Under the pieces are notes generated by a model, which made no database searches, was not told the origin of the DNA, and saw only the letters and a program-made list of their open reading frames with translations. The position numbers and the translations under genes are program-made. Shown here one piece after another: positions 1 through 11,270 of a stretch of DNA of 55,739 bases. This DNA comes from an uncultured delta proteobacterium (lineage in GTDB: Bacteria; Desulfobacterota; DSM-4660; Desulfatiglandales; HGW-15), in NCBI GenBank assembly GCA_963776085.1, contig CAVZMS010000055.1:1-55739 (forward strand), written 5' to 3'. Position 1 is the stretch's first letter, and the number at the start of each line of letters is the position of its first letter.

Positions 1-1003
1 TAAATAATATCCTTCAACACCATTACAGTCCTGAAAAAACCCTCAGCCAGAGTCGCTTCCGAATTTGAAGGCGAGGAAGTCATGGAATTCCTCGCCTGAA
101 GAAGGGCTTGAAGAGGAAAAGAACCAACCGCGGAAGAATTCAAGGATTCACCCTTTGTAAAGATGGTGGACCTTATAATCAAGAACGCTATCAAGCGCGG
201 GGCATGATGTGCACATCAGGCCCAGGAAAACCAGGTTAGGGTGAGGAACCGCATAGACGGAGTGCTCCAGGATTCCATTAAACTCCCAAAATGGACCCAG
301 CCGATCATTATCTCACGCATCAAGGTCCTTGGAGAGCATGGATATTGCCGAAAAGACTACCGCAGGACGGTAGGATAAAGGTCAAGACAAGGAATATGTC
401 CGTAGACCTCCGTGTCTCAACCCTGCCCACCTACTATGGAGAAAAGGCGGTTATAAGGATACTAAATAAGGAGGAATCGTTCCTTACCCTTGATGAACTT
501 GGCTTCGCTCCAAAAAATCTCGCCCCGATCAGGAGCTTCAAAAAACAAGCCCCAGGGGATGATACTGTTGACAGGGCCTACGGGCAGCAAAGACCTCGTC
601 CCTTTACGGAGGCACGAGAGAGATAGGTCTGAAGAGGTCAATATAATTACCGTTGAAGACCCTGTTGAATATGAGCTGGCGGGCATAAATCAGGTGCAGA
701 TAAACGAGAAAGTGGGGCTGACATTCCCATTCATCCTCCGTTCTATCCTGTGACAGGCATCTTATGTAATAATGATTGGTGAGATAAGGGATATGGAAAC
801 TGCTGAGATTGCCCTTCAGAACTTTCCTGACAGGGCACCTTGTCCTTTCAACGATGCATACCAACGACGCCCCGGCTCTTCTGAATAGGCTTGTTGATAT
901 AGGGATGCCGCCTTATATGATAGCATATCCTCCATACTGGGTATCGTCGCCCAACGCCTCGTTAGAAAGATATGCCCTGACTGCAAAGAGGAGTATGTCC
1001 CTG
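1..1003 (+). pseudogene. Partial, indel-riddled inverted copy of the PilB/GspE-type ATPase gene (5' end outside the window, 3' truncated)
   Basis: 1-1003 aligns by eye to the reverse complement of 1141-2145. ORF fragments 291-626, 490-753 and 809-1051 give [19 protein letters not shown] and [13 protein letters not shown] in different frames. Confidence 0.85.
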
Positions 1004-2593
1004 GCCCATAATCATCACTTCTTCAATGACGGTGCGTCCTTTATAGCCTAAATGGCCGCATTTCGCGCAGCCGGCCCCGCGGTAAAATTTAAAGGGCAGT
1101 TGTTCCTTGTTAAGACTCAGCCTTGCCAGGATGTCCGGGTCAGGGACATACTCCTCTTTGCAGTCAGGGCATATCTTTCTAACGAGGCGTTGGGCGACAA
1201 TGCCCAGTATGGAAGATGCTATCATATAAGGCGGCATTCCTATATCAACAAGCCTATTCACCGCAGCCGGGGCGTCGTTGGTATGCATCGTTGTAAGGAC
1301 AAGGTGCCCTGTCAGGGAGGCCTGAAGGGCAATCTCGGCGGTCTCCATATCCCTTATCTCACCAATCATTATTACATTCGGGTCCTGCCGCAGGATTGAA
1401 CGGAGGATGAACGGGAAGGTCAGCCCTACTTTCTCATTTATCTGCACCTGGTTGATGCCTGCCAGTTCATATTCAACAGGGTCTTCAACGGTAATGATAT
1501 TGACCTCTTCGGACCTGATCTCTCTCATACAGCCATAAAGGGACGAGGTCTTTCCGCTGCCCGTAGGTCCCGTAAATAGTATCATCCCCTGGGGTTGTTT
1601 GATGAAGCTCTTGATCGGGGCGAGATTTTTTTCCGCGAAACCAAGTTCATCAAGCGTAAGGAACGCCTCTTCCTTATTCAGTATCCTTATAACCGCCTTT
1701 TCTCCATAGTAGGTGGGCAGGGTGGAGACACGGAGGTCCACGGACATATTCCTTGTCTTGACCTTTATCCTACCATCCTGGGGGAGTCTCTTTTCGGAAA
1801 TATCCATGCTTCCCAGGACCTTTATGCGTGAGATAATAATCGGCTGGGTCCATTTGGGAAGTTTAATGGAATCCTGAAGCACGCCGTCGATACGATTTCT
1901 CACCCTCACCTGGTTTTCCTGGGCCTCGATGTGCACATCGCTTGCCCCCCGCTTGATGGCATTCTTGATTATCAGGTCCACCATCTTTACAAAAGGCGAA
2001 TCCTTAAACTCTTCCGCGCTCGGCTCTTGTTCCTCTTCAAGCCCTTCTTCAGGCAAAAACTCCATGACTTCGTCGCCTTCAAACTCGGTGGCGACCTGAC
2101 TGAGGGTTTTTTCAGGGCTGTAATGGTTTTGAAGGATATTCTTTATCTGGCTGGGAGTGGAGATCGACGGCTGAATGTTATAGCCTGTTATGAATTGCAG
2201 GTCCTTGATCATATTGAGATCAAGGGGGTCAGCCATGGCGACGTTGAGGATATTGTTCTTTAATTCAATCGCCACGCACGTAAACTTGTTTGATATTTCC
2301 CGAGGGATGCTCTCCAGGACTTTATCCTGTATCGGATAATCGATTAAATCGATATACGGTATCCTTAATTGCATGGCCAGGGCAAAGGCCATCTCCTCTT
2401 CCGAGATGAACTTCATCTCTATCAATATCTCGCCCAACCTGTTCCCTGTATCCTGCTGGATCTTGAGGGCTTCCGTCAATTGATCGGCACCCAAAAGACC
2501 GGTCTCTATTAATAATTCTCCGAGCTTGCGTCTTGAGAATGTATTTTTTTTATGTTGCAGTTGGACGACTTTTTTTGCCTGTTCATCCGCCAT
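962..2593 (-). CDS. pilB: Type IV pilus/T2SS extension ATPase (PilB/GspE/MshE family) with N-terminal MshEN domain; authentic sequence appears to end near 1004, C-terminus missing
   Basis: [11 protein letters not shown] and RLGEILIE..Q tandem MshEN-like motifs, ASDVHIE, Walker A GPTGSGKT, Asp box [22 protein letters not shown], His box, Zn motif CPDC..CAKC. The last residues ([13 protein letters not shown]) are read-through into the inverted copy. Confidence 0.85.
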   Translation of the reverse strand: MADEQAKKVVQLQHKKNTFSRRKLGELLIETGLLGADQLTEALKIQQDTGNRLGEILIEMKFISEEEMAFALAMQLRIPYIDLIDYPIQDKVLESIPREISNKFTCVAIELKNNILNVAMADPLDLNMIKDLQFITGYNIQPSISTPSQIKNILQNHYSPEKTLSQVATEFEGDEVMEFLPEEGLEEEQEPSAEEFKDSPFVKMVDLIIKNAIKRGASDVHIEAQENQVRVRNRIDGVLQDSIKLPKWTQPIIISRIKVLGSMDISEKRLPQDGRIKVKTRNMSVDLRVSTLPTYYGEKAVIRILNKEEAFLTLDELGFAEKNLAPIKSFIKQPQGMILFTGPTGSGKTSSLYGCMREIRSEEVNIITVEDPVEYELAGINQVQINEKVGLTFPFILRSILRQDPNVIMIGEIRDMETAEIALQASLTGHLVLTTMHTNDAPAAVNRLVDIGMPPYMIASSILGIVAQRLVRKICPDCKEEYVPDPDILARLSLNKEQLPFKFYRGAGCAKCGHLGYKGRTVIEEVMIMGQGHTPLCSQGISF

Positions 2594-2778
2594 TAAGATA
2601 TAATTCCTTACTTGAAGTTTTATAGATAATATTAGAAAAAAAATGTCTTAACAAGGAAATAAAATACTGCGTTATATAAACACAGGATTTTTTTTGACAT
2701 TGAATTTAATTTAATATATTTAAATATCTAATCTAAAAAAAGATTTCAACCTATTTTAATTCCGGATCGATCTTTTAC

Positions 2779-2810
2779 TTGAATCCTTAAACCCTGGACC
2801 CCTTGAACCC
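2779..2810. repeat. Four degenerate tandem 8-mers (TTGAAYCC-like)
   Basis: TTGAATCC TTAAACCC TGGACCCC TTGAACCC; related units at 10916-10980. Confidence 0.6.
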
Positions 2811-2868
2811 TTTTATGAGAGTAAAACATCAAATTAAAGTCTTCACATGTAACTGAAATTAATAAAGA

Positions 2869-5439
2869 ATGATAAAACTAGATATTAATATAAAAGACCT
2901 CCTAAGAGGGATAATCATAGCGGGGATATTTATCCTCTTTTCTTTCATCTCTTTTAGCGCCTTTGAGTCACTTGAAAGGATCTTATACGGCATTGAAATG
3001 CGGCTTGCCCTATCTCCTTCCATGGGCGCCAGTAAAATCGCAATCGTAAATATTGATGAAAAGAGCCTTGATAATCTGGGTTCATGGCCATGGCCGAGGA
3101 GTGTGATCGCGGATATGATCACTATATTAAAAAACAACGGCGCGAGTCTGATCGGTCTGGACCTGGACTTCAGCGAAAAGGAAAAAAATCAAGGGCTGGA
3201 GGAGATAAGAGGGTTATACAACGAGATTACGGGTAAGGCCGAACAGGAAACCGCGGAGGATACCTGGCTTATTAACAGATTAAATGAGATTGAGCAAGGT
3301 CTGGACAGTGACAATGCCCTTATCCATGCGGTAAAAGAAAGCGGCAATATAATACTGCCTGTTACAGGCAATTTTGGAAAATACGACACGGAATTGGTAT
3401 TAACCGATGATTCTGTTTTGAATAAAAACAGGATGAAACTGACCGGGATTCAACTGAGCCAGAAGGATTTTATCTCTGTCAATGAACTTAAGACCCCCTT
3501 TCCTGAATTATCCTTGAACAGCCATGGCCTGGGACATATCAATCTCTCGCCTGACTATCTAATCGGACGGGCGTTATCACCTCCTGTTTTTCGATTTCAG
3601 GGGCCATATCATACCCTCCATGCCCTTCAGGCTGGCCCTGGAGTATATGGGGGAGAAGTATGATGAGTTGTCGGTCCAGAGCAAGGGGATCCAACTATCA
3701 AAATCCTATATCCCTGTCACGGATGGGGAGATCTTAATCAAGTTCAAGGGAGGGAGGCGATCCTTCCCGTATTATTCCTTTGTCGATATAATGAACGTGA
3801 AAAAGGTCCCCGCTGTATTCGAAGACAAGATTGTCCTGGTTGGTTATACGGCAGAAGGCGGGCCCACGATAAACACACCCGTTGATCCGGAAATGCCCAG
3901 GGTTGAGTTTATCGCAAATGTAATAGATAACCTGCTGACAGAAGGGTATCTGAAACGTCCGGCCGTCTATGACCTATATCGAAGCGCTTTTTCTTTTGCT
4001 GATTATTATCTCTTTTTCATTTATCCTGCCCCGTTCGACCCAGATTAATCGCATCAGTATTATAGCTGGGGCTTTTCCTTCTTGTTATTATAATAGGCGT
4101 TATCTCTTTTCTTTACCTCAATATCTGGTTCAAGACGGTCTATATATGCCTTGCCCTGGTGACTCTCTATGTGGAGATGTTCATTAGTGATCTAATCTCC
4201 ACTCAGAGATCAATCAAGATCAGATCCAAGGAGTTTATGGAGTCAAACAGGATGCTTGGATTGAGCTTTCAAAGCCAGGGTTTGCTTGATCTTGCCTTTG
4301 AAAAATTCAGAAAGTGCCCCCTTGATGCCTCGATGAAGGATGTAATCTATAATCTGGGGCTTGATTATGAACGGAAAAGGATGCTCAACAAGGCGATTGC
4401 CGTGTATGAGTATATAGCGCAAAACGATGATAGATTCAGGGATTTAAATGACCGCATAACTAAATTAAAAAAGGTGATAGGCGCTATGCCTTTGAGCGGC
4501 CCCAAAGGCAAAAAGGAAGAAAAGATAGTTGTTGTTGAAGGCCTTGAGATCAAACCGACCGTAGGGCGTTACGAGATAGTAAGAGAGATAGGCCAGGGCG
4601 CGATGGGTGTGGTCTATGAGGCCAGAGATCCTAAGATCAACCGTCTTTTGGCGATTAAGACTATACGGTTCTCGGATGAATTTGAGGAAGGTCGAGTGAA
4701 GGAGATACGCAACAGGTTTTTTAAGGAAGCGGAGATAGCCGGGAAGTTATCGCATCCATCTATAGTCTCCATCTATGATGTGGGAGAAGACTATGACCTG
4801 ACCTATCTGGCCATGGAATTTTTAGAAGGAGAAGACCTTCGTCAACACTGTAAGAAAGGGGCGCTTCTCCCTTTGCGAAAGGTCCTGGATATCGTTAGTG
4901 AGGTGGCCGTAGCCCTGGATTATGCCCACGGTGAAGGGGTAATCCACAGGGATGTTAAGCCGGGCAATATAATGCTTTTAAAGAATGGAAAGATAAAGGT
5001 AACGGATTTTGGAATTGCGAAGGCGGTTTCATCTACCCAGACCAAGAGCGGAATCGTGCTCGGGACTCCCAATTACATGTCTCCTGAACAGATCAACGGT
5101 CAAAAGATAGACGGCCGTTCGGATTTATTTGCTCTGGGGGTGGTCTTGTTCGAATTATTAACCGGTCAGGTGCCGTTTCACGGCAAAAACATGACCAATC
5201 TCCTCTATCAGATTACACAGGTAAAACATCCATCTGCCCGGGAGATAAATCTCAAGGTCCCGAAGGTATGCGATCAGATAATAAACAGGGCCCTGGAAAA
5301 AGAGCCTGAGAAACGTTTCCAGAGCGGGGCCGAGTTCGCAAAGTATCTAAGAGCCACTATCAAAAAAATGGACGATTTGAGAAAAGAGTCCGCGAATCTA
5401 ATTGAACCTAATACGAGCCATTCTGTTCTTCATTTCTAA
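2869..5439 (+). CDS. CHASE2-domain membrane Ser/Thr protein kinase (Hanks type), split by indels
   Basis: CHASE2 signature IAIVNIDEKSLDNLGSWPWPRS..IGLDLDFSE and FEDKIVLVG (2869-4048); hydrophobic segments about 3970-4190; kinase motifs GQGAMG, AIK, HRDVKPGN, DFG, GTPNYMSPE in 4159-5439. Confidence 0.88.
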
Positions 5440-5507
5440 TCAAAGTTAAACCATGATTTGACCGTCAGTCTTGATAAGGCTTTTTTATAGATCGATAATA
5501 TTGAAAT

Positions 5508-5715
5508 AAGTCCGTAAAAAGTCGGAAAGTGGCATTTATTGTCATTCCGGCGGGCAGCCGGAATCCATTCTGTTAAGATAGTTAAAGAGGTCTTCTGACT
5601 CTAGTTGATGGTCCGCTGGAAGCCCTCCGGATCCCGCCGATGCAAGAGTTCGGCGAATACAGGCCTGTAATCCGTCGGGTTCACCGGAGTGACGATTTTT
5701 TTACGAGTCCATCAA
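5508..5715. repeat. MITE/REP-like palindromic intergenic element
   Basis: Imperfect terminal inverted repeats (CGTAAAAAGTC ... GATTTTTTTACG) and internal hairpin GTCATTCCGGCGGGCAGCCGGAATCCA. 5678-5715 is a near reverse complement of 45219-45254. Confidence 0.65.
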
Positions 5716-5764
5716 TTTTGAATATCGAATATCCAATATTGAATTCAGAATGTTGGATGAAAGA

Positions 5765-6673
5765 TCAGGCAATCCCAAGCTTGAATTTCAGGGAATTAAG
5801 CGTGTTCTTCATCAGCATGGTTATGGTCATGGGGCCCACTCCTCCGGGCACCGGCGTGATGGAACCCGCGATCTCCTTGGCTGCCTCAAAGTCCACGTCG
5901 CCGCGGAGGATAGCGACCTTTTCCCCTGTCTTTTCACTTATCTTTTCACCCACGCGATTGACGCCGACATCAATTACGCAGGCGCCCGGTTTAATCCATT
6001 CGGGTTTGACAAGGCCGGGGACTCCTGCCGCTACAATAAGTATGTCCGCGCGTTTACAGTGGGATGCCAGATCCCTGGTCTTTGTATGAGCTATCGTCAC
6101 GGTTGAGTTGGCGCCCGGCCCTTTCTGGAGCATCATATTGGCGATGGGCTTGCCGACAATATTGGAGCGGCCCACAACGACCACCTCGGCGCCGCTGGTC
6201 TCTACCCCTGAACGAACAATCATTTCCTGTATGCCCGCAGGTGTGCATGGCGGGAATTTTACCTCTGATCCGCCGATCATAAGACGGCCGACATTGACAG
6301 GGTGAAATCCATCCACATCCTTATCAGGATCCACGGCATTAAGAACCTTTTTTTCATCGATGTGTTTGGGAAGCGGAAGCTGGACAAGAATGCCGTGGAT
6401 GGAATCGTCCTTGTTATATTTATCGATCAGGGCAAGGAGATCATCCTCAGAGATATCCTCGGGTTGATTGTCCTGTATTTCCTTGAAGCCAAGGCGGGTT
6501 GCCGTCTTGATCTTGAGGGTGACATATGAGACGGACGCCGGGTTCTCTCCTACAAGAATGGTTACAAGGCCGGGGACTACCCCGTGTTGAGCCTTGATTC
6601 TTTTTACTTCCTTTTCGATCTCATTCAGGATATCTTCCCTTATTTCCGTCCCCTTGATCAGTTTTGCAGTCAT
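5765..6673 (-). CDS. folD: Bifunctional methylenetetrahydrofolate dehydrogenase/cyclohydrolase
   Basis: GILVQLPLP, KDVDGFHP, PCTPAG, GRSNIVGKP, ITPVPGGVGPMT. Confidence 0.97.
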   Translation of the reverse strand: MTAKLIKGTEIREDILNEIEKEVKRIKAQHGVVPGLVTILVGENPASVSYVTLKIKTATRLGFKEIQDNQPEDISEDDLLALIDKYNKDDSIHGILVQLPLPKHIDEKKVLNAVDPDKDVDGFHPVNVGRLMIGGSEVKFPPCTPAGIQEMIVRSGVETSGAEVVVVGRSNIVGKPIANMMLQKGPGANSTVTIAHTKTRDLASHCKRADILIVAAGVPGLVKPEWIKPGACVIDVGVNRVGEKISEKTGEKVAILRGDVDFEAAKEIAGSITPVPGGVGPMTITMLMKNTLNSLKFKLGIA

Positions 6674-6711
6674 TATTTTCTCCTTTCATTAATTGCCAAT
6701 CTATATATTAT

Positions 6712-9142
6712 TTAGAGCTTTTCCTCGCCGATCCTCATGTTATAGAATGAGCGATATATGAAGATAACGGCGATAAGGAAGAAGACACCTCCTATAATGT
6801 ACTTAAGCGTCTGTGATTGCATGGTAACTGCGATCTCAGTAGCGAGAAGACCGAAGAGTGTCGTGAACTTAATAACAGGGTTCATGGAGACTGAAGATGT
6901 ATCTTTGAAGGGGTCGCCGACCGTATCGCCCACGACAGTCGCCTCGTGCAGCGGCGTCCCTTTTTCCTTCAGGTCAACCTCAACGATCTTCTTGGCATTG
7001 TCCCATGCACCGCCTGCGTTGGCCATAAATATTGCCTGAAACAGGCCAAAGAAGGCGATGCCGACAAGATACCCGATGAAGAAATAGGGGTTGAAGAAGG
7101 AAAGGGCCAGTGCCATGAAGAAAATGACAATGAAGATGTTCCACATACCCTTCTGTGCGTACTGGGTGCATATCTTCACAACCTCCTTGCTGTCTTCAAT
7201 GGATGCCTCTTCTTTATCAAGTTTGATATGTTTCTTGATAAAGACAACGGCCCTGTATGCGCCCGTGGTGACGGCCTGGGTTGCCGCACCGGTGAACCAG
7301 TAGATAACCGCCCCGCCCATGAGGAGACCGAGAATGATTGTAGGCTGTACAAGGCTCAGATGTGCTACAACGTTCCCGAACATGTTTTCCAAAAGTATAA
7401 TGATGCCGAAGACCATGGTAGTGGCCCCTACAACCGCCGTGCCGATGAGCACAGGTTTTGCGGTGGCCTTGAAGGTGTTGCCCGCACCGTCCGCCTCCTC
7501 TAGAAAATCCTTGGCGGTGTCAAAATTGGGCTCAAAGCCGAAATCCCTTTTAATATCTTCTTTAACATTGGGGACAGACTCGATCCTGGAAAGCTCATAG
7601 ATTGACTGGGCGTTGTCGGAGACAGGCCCGAAGCTGTCCACGGCTATTGTCACAGGACCCATGCCCAGAAAACCGAAGGCCACAAGGCCGAAGGCGAAGA
7701 CAGGGGCTGCAAAGGTAAATTCCTGGCGGCATAACAGCCAGGATGGATGGATGCCTTGAGACAAGATATGCAATGAACATAAGAACAAGGATAGTCAGGC
7801 CTTCCCAGAAGGCGGAGAAGTTGCCTGCTACGAATCCGGACAGGATATCAAGGGATGCACCGCCATGACGGGCAGCTCCCACAACCTCTCGTACGTGACG
7901 CGACTTGGTGCTGGTAAAGACCTTGGTAAATTCAGGGATAAGCGCGCCGGCTATGGTCCCGCAGGAGATTATCGCGGCCAGGGCCCACCAAAGGCCGGGA
8001 TACTGTGTTCCAAGGTCGCTAAGGAGCATATAGCTTGCCCAGAAGGTTACGATAATCGATACGGCCGAGGTGATCCATACAAGGTTGGTAAGGGGTTGCT
8101 CGAAATCGAATTTCGTCTTTGAAGCAAAAACCGAAGAGATTATGCCCCTGTTGATATAGTATGAAACAAGAGATGTAAGGATCATCAGGATACGCATTGC
8201 AAAGATCCAGATGATAAGGGTTGCCGACATTATCGGATTGGCGGCAAGGGCAAGGGCAAGGAAGGCGATAAGGGCAACACCGGTTACGCCATAGGTCTCG
8301 AACCCGTCTGCGGTTGGGCCGACACTGTCGCCCGCGTTGTCGCCGGTACAGTCCGCGATAACGCCGGGGTTCTTTGGATCATCCTCCGGAAGATGGAAAA
8401 CGATCTTCATAAGGTCGGAACCGATGTCGGCTATCTTGGTGAAGATGCCGCCCGCGATCCTGAGGGCGCTGGCACCAAGGGATTCACCGATGGCAAAACC
8501 GATGAAGCATGGCCCTGCCAGTTCCTTGAGAAAGACAAGTATGCAGATCATGAAAAATAGCTCTACGCTTACAAGAAGGAGCCCCACGCTCATCCCCGAG
8601 GTCAGGGGGATATTTACAACTTCAACAGGTCGCCCGCGGAGTGATGCAAAGGCAGACCTGCTGTTTGCCCAGGTGTTGATCCTCATTCCGAACCAGGCAA
8701 CGCTGTAAGAACCGAGGATTCCGAGGATGGAACAGGCAAGGATAATAATCATATCGCCTATCCCCCTGTGGGATAACCCGACAAAATAATAGATCATGCA
8801 GATGGCAATGAGGGTCCAGAGTATAATAAGGAACTTGCCTTGCTGGAAAAGATAAGACTTACATGTTTCCCAGATGATATTTGATACATCGAGCATTGCC
8901 TTGTGGGCCGGCAGGTTTTTCGTATGTCTTGCCTGAATGATGGCGAAGATAAGACCTATGACACAGATGACAAGACCGAAATACATGATAGAGACACCTC
9001 CCAAGGTGCCGCCGAAGACATTGAAGTTGACCGTTGTGAGGTCAGGAAGGATGATGTCCGCTTCGCCGGCAAAGGCCGAAGAAGCAAGTAGCATTAGGGA
9101 AAACAGGGACAATATCGCGCTGAAAAGATTTTTTAAAGTCAT
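6712..9142 (-). CDS. hppA: Membrane-bound ion-translocating pyrophosphatase (one frameshift near 7730)
   Basis: GGIFTKIADIGSDL, EDDPKNPGVIADCTGDNAGD, DSFGPVSDNA, GNTFKA, GGAWDNAKK, GDTVGDPFKDT. ATG at 9142 preceded by an AGGAGG RBS. Confidence 0.95.
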
Positions 9143-9321
9143 AAAAAACCTCCTTGATAGATATTTTTTATGAAATGGTAAATACCTGTATATTCGAGCC
9201 TGAAGTATAGGGAGATTTAGCTTGTGAGTCAAGATTTGATTTAACATGTTCTTTAAAATTTGTATCGCGGCTGTTCATTGCCATGACATTGATCAATAAT
9301 CATGAGTTCCCATGCCGGGCT

Positions 9322-10782
9322 TTAAAGCATTTCAAGCAGCCTGTCATGAAGGTTGTCAAAGGAGCCATTGGACATGATCAGGATGACATCATCCCTATGG
9401 ACCTGCCTCATTATCTCTTTCAGCAGATTATCGTGATCAGGACAGTAAAATGCCTTTAGGCCCCTTCTTTTAAGAGAATTAACCAGTTCCTGAGAGGAGA
9501 ATCTTTCCCCTGCCGGTATCTTTTCCATCATGGGTGGCTCGGGGATGAAGATCAGGTCGGCCCTGTCAAATGATAAACCGTATCTTTCCTGAAAGACATT
9601 GCGCCGGCTGGAGTTTGATCTCGGTTCAAAGACGGCAATCAGGCGACGACCCGTGTATCTCTCTTTTACCGCCTGAATAGTCTTTTCCACTGCGGTAGGG
9701 TGATGGGCAAAATCGTCCAGGATCAGCACTCCCCCTTTTTCACCCTTTATCTCCTGTCTCCGTTTGATCCCCCTGAAACTCACGGCAGCCTCAGATAGGG
9801 CGGGAATATCTATCCCCAGGTATTCTGAGAGCGCGACCGCACCTAAAAGATTGGAGATATTGTGCAGGCCGTAAAGAGGGGTCAGGAGCGAGGCATATTC
9901 AGTCCCGTCCCTAAAGATCTTAAGTTGTGTAAGGCCATCACGAAAGGATATATCAATAGCCTTCCAGTTGCCTTCCTCTTTTAGACCATAGCTAATGACC
10001 GGACATCTTGCCCTTTTGGCTTCAGCCGTGACAATCGGGTCATCGAGGTTGTATATAAGGAGCCCCTCAGGCGGGATGATATCTATTAACCGTCGAAAGT
10101 TTTCTATAACGTGTTCCAAATCTCTATAGATATCCGCGTGATCAAACTCGATACTGGTGATTATCGTAATCCATGGATTATAGTGTAAGAATTTCGGGCC
10201 CTTATCAAAAAATGCAGTATCGTATTCATCACCTTCCACAATAAAGCAAAGACCTTCACCAAGCTTAAAATTCCTCTGGAAATTATTGAGTATGCCGCCT
10301 ATCATAAACCCGGGATCCATGCCGGCCTTCTCAAGTATCCATGCCGCGAGGGCCGATGTGGTGGTCTTGCCGTGAGTTCCGGAGACGACTATAGACCTTT
10401 TGCCCTTCATTGCGAAGTGCCCAAGGGCCTGGGGGAGCGAGAGATAAGGGATATTAAGCTGGGAGAGCCGGATGGCCTCAGGATTATGCCTTGTAATAAC
10501 GTTGCCGATAATGACGAGGTCAGGCATGGAAACCAGGTTCCCGGGACTATATCCTTTAAGCACCGGTATGGAGAGGGCTTCCAGAAAATGGCTCATGGGA
10601 GGATATATATTTTCGTCGGATCCTGTAACAGAGTAACCCTTATGTTTCAGGATACCGGCTAGTGAGGCCATCCCTGTGCCGCATATACCCATAAGGTGAA
10701 TGCGTTTTGGATCAGTAGGGACCATATTAAGATCCGGAGATAATAAAGGAAAATTTTGGGTATTAATATTTTCAGTACGCAT
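9322..10782 (-). CDS. mpl: UDP-N-acetylmuramate:L-Ala-gamma-D-Glu-meso-DAP ligase (murein peptide ligase)
   Basis: IHLMGICGTGM, YPPMS, GTHGKTTT, EGDEYDTAFFDK, EFDHADIY, DDFAHHPTA, FEPRSN, MSNGSF: Mpl-type rather than MurC-type signatures. Confidence 0.9.
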   Translation of the reverse strand: MRTENINTQNFPLLSPDLNMVPTDPKRIHLMGICGTGMASLAGILKHKGYSVTGSDENIYPPMSHFLEALSIPVLKGYSPGNLVSMPDLVIIGNVITRHNPEAIRLSQLNIPYLSLPQALGHFAMKGKRSIVVSGTHGKTTTSALAAWILEKAGMDPGFMIGGILNNFQRNFKLGEGLCFIVEGDEYDTAFFDKGPKFLHYNPWITIITSIEFDHADIYRDLEHVIENFRRLIDIIPPEGLLIYNLDDPIVTAEAKRARCPVISYGLKEEGNWKAIDISFRDGLTQLKIFRDGTEYASLLTPLYGLHNISNLLGAVALSEYLGIDIPALSEAAVSFRGIKRRQEIKGEKGGVLILDDFAHHPTAVEKTIQAVKERYTGRRLIAVFEPRSNSSRRNVFQERYGLSFDRADLIFIPEPPMMEKIPAGERFSSQELVNSLKRRGLKAFYCPDHDNLLKEIMRQVHRDDVILIMSNGSFDNLHDRLLEML

Positions 10783-10915
10783 ATTAAAAAAATATTTGCC
10801 TTTTTCCGGAATAATGTCTATATTCCCAAATCTTTTTATTGTCCCATTCGGGGATGGGGAGAGAAACCTTCCCCTTGAGGCGGAGAATTCAGTCAGAATA
10901 TTATTTATTTAAACA

Positions 10916-10980
10916 GGGTTCAAGGATTTAATGGGTCAATCAATCACACTTAACCCTGAATCCTCGACCCCTTGACCCCT
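10916..10980. repeat. Degenerate 7/8-mer repeats arranged as an imperfect inverted pair
   Basis: GGGTTCAA GGATTTAA TGGGTCAA ... TTAACCC TGAATCC TCGACCCC TTGACCCC. Confidence 0.55.
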
Positions 10981-11033
10981 AAAGCTACCGGCTTTAGCCG
11001 GCAGGTAATTTGTTTATAATCAGGAGAATAGAA

Positions 11034-11222
11034 ATGTCAAAAGTTTGCGATATTTGCGGAAAAGGACCTCAGGTCGGATATAGCCTAAGTCACGCCCATA
11101 ATAAGTCAAAGAAAAAATGGTATCCAAACCTGCAAAAAGTCAGATCTATCCAGAACGGTCAGCCCAAAAGGATTAGGGTCTGTGCCGGTTGTATCAGGTC
11201 AGGTCGTGTTCAAAAATCATAA
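11034..11222 (+). CDS. rpmB: 50S ribosomal protein L28 (Zn-ribbon form)
   Basis: MSKVCDICGKGP..SHAHNKSKKKWYPNLQ..VCAGCIRSG; AGGAG RBS upstream of ATG 11034. Confidence 0.96.
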   Translation: MSKVCDICGKGPQVGYSLSHAHNKSKKKWYPNLQKVRSIQNGQPKRIRVCAGCIRSGRVQKS

Positions 11223-11270
11223 CTCCGCAATCCGCTTGAGAATATATTGATTTTCCTGTAAGAGACGACC

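Noticed and set aside
1..1003. Diversity-generating retroelement template/variable repeat pair
   Set aside because: Differences are not adenine-specific, the repeat is about 1 kb, and no reverse transcriptase is in the window.
1..2145. Simple nanopore foldback read
   Set aside because: The arms differ mainly at synonymous codon positions, which read error does not produce.
5640..6305. Plus-strand ORFs antisense to folD, and similar antisense ORFs over hppA, proS, trpB2 and the oxidoreductases
   Set aside because: Shadow ORFs of well-supported genes, with no recognisable motifs.
9322..10782. murC
   Set aside because: Motifs (GICGTGM, DTAFFDK, DDFAHHP, FEPRSN) fit Mpl, and the gene is outside a dcw cluster.
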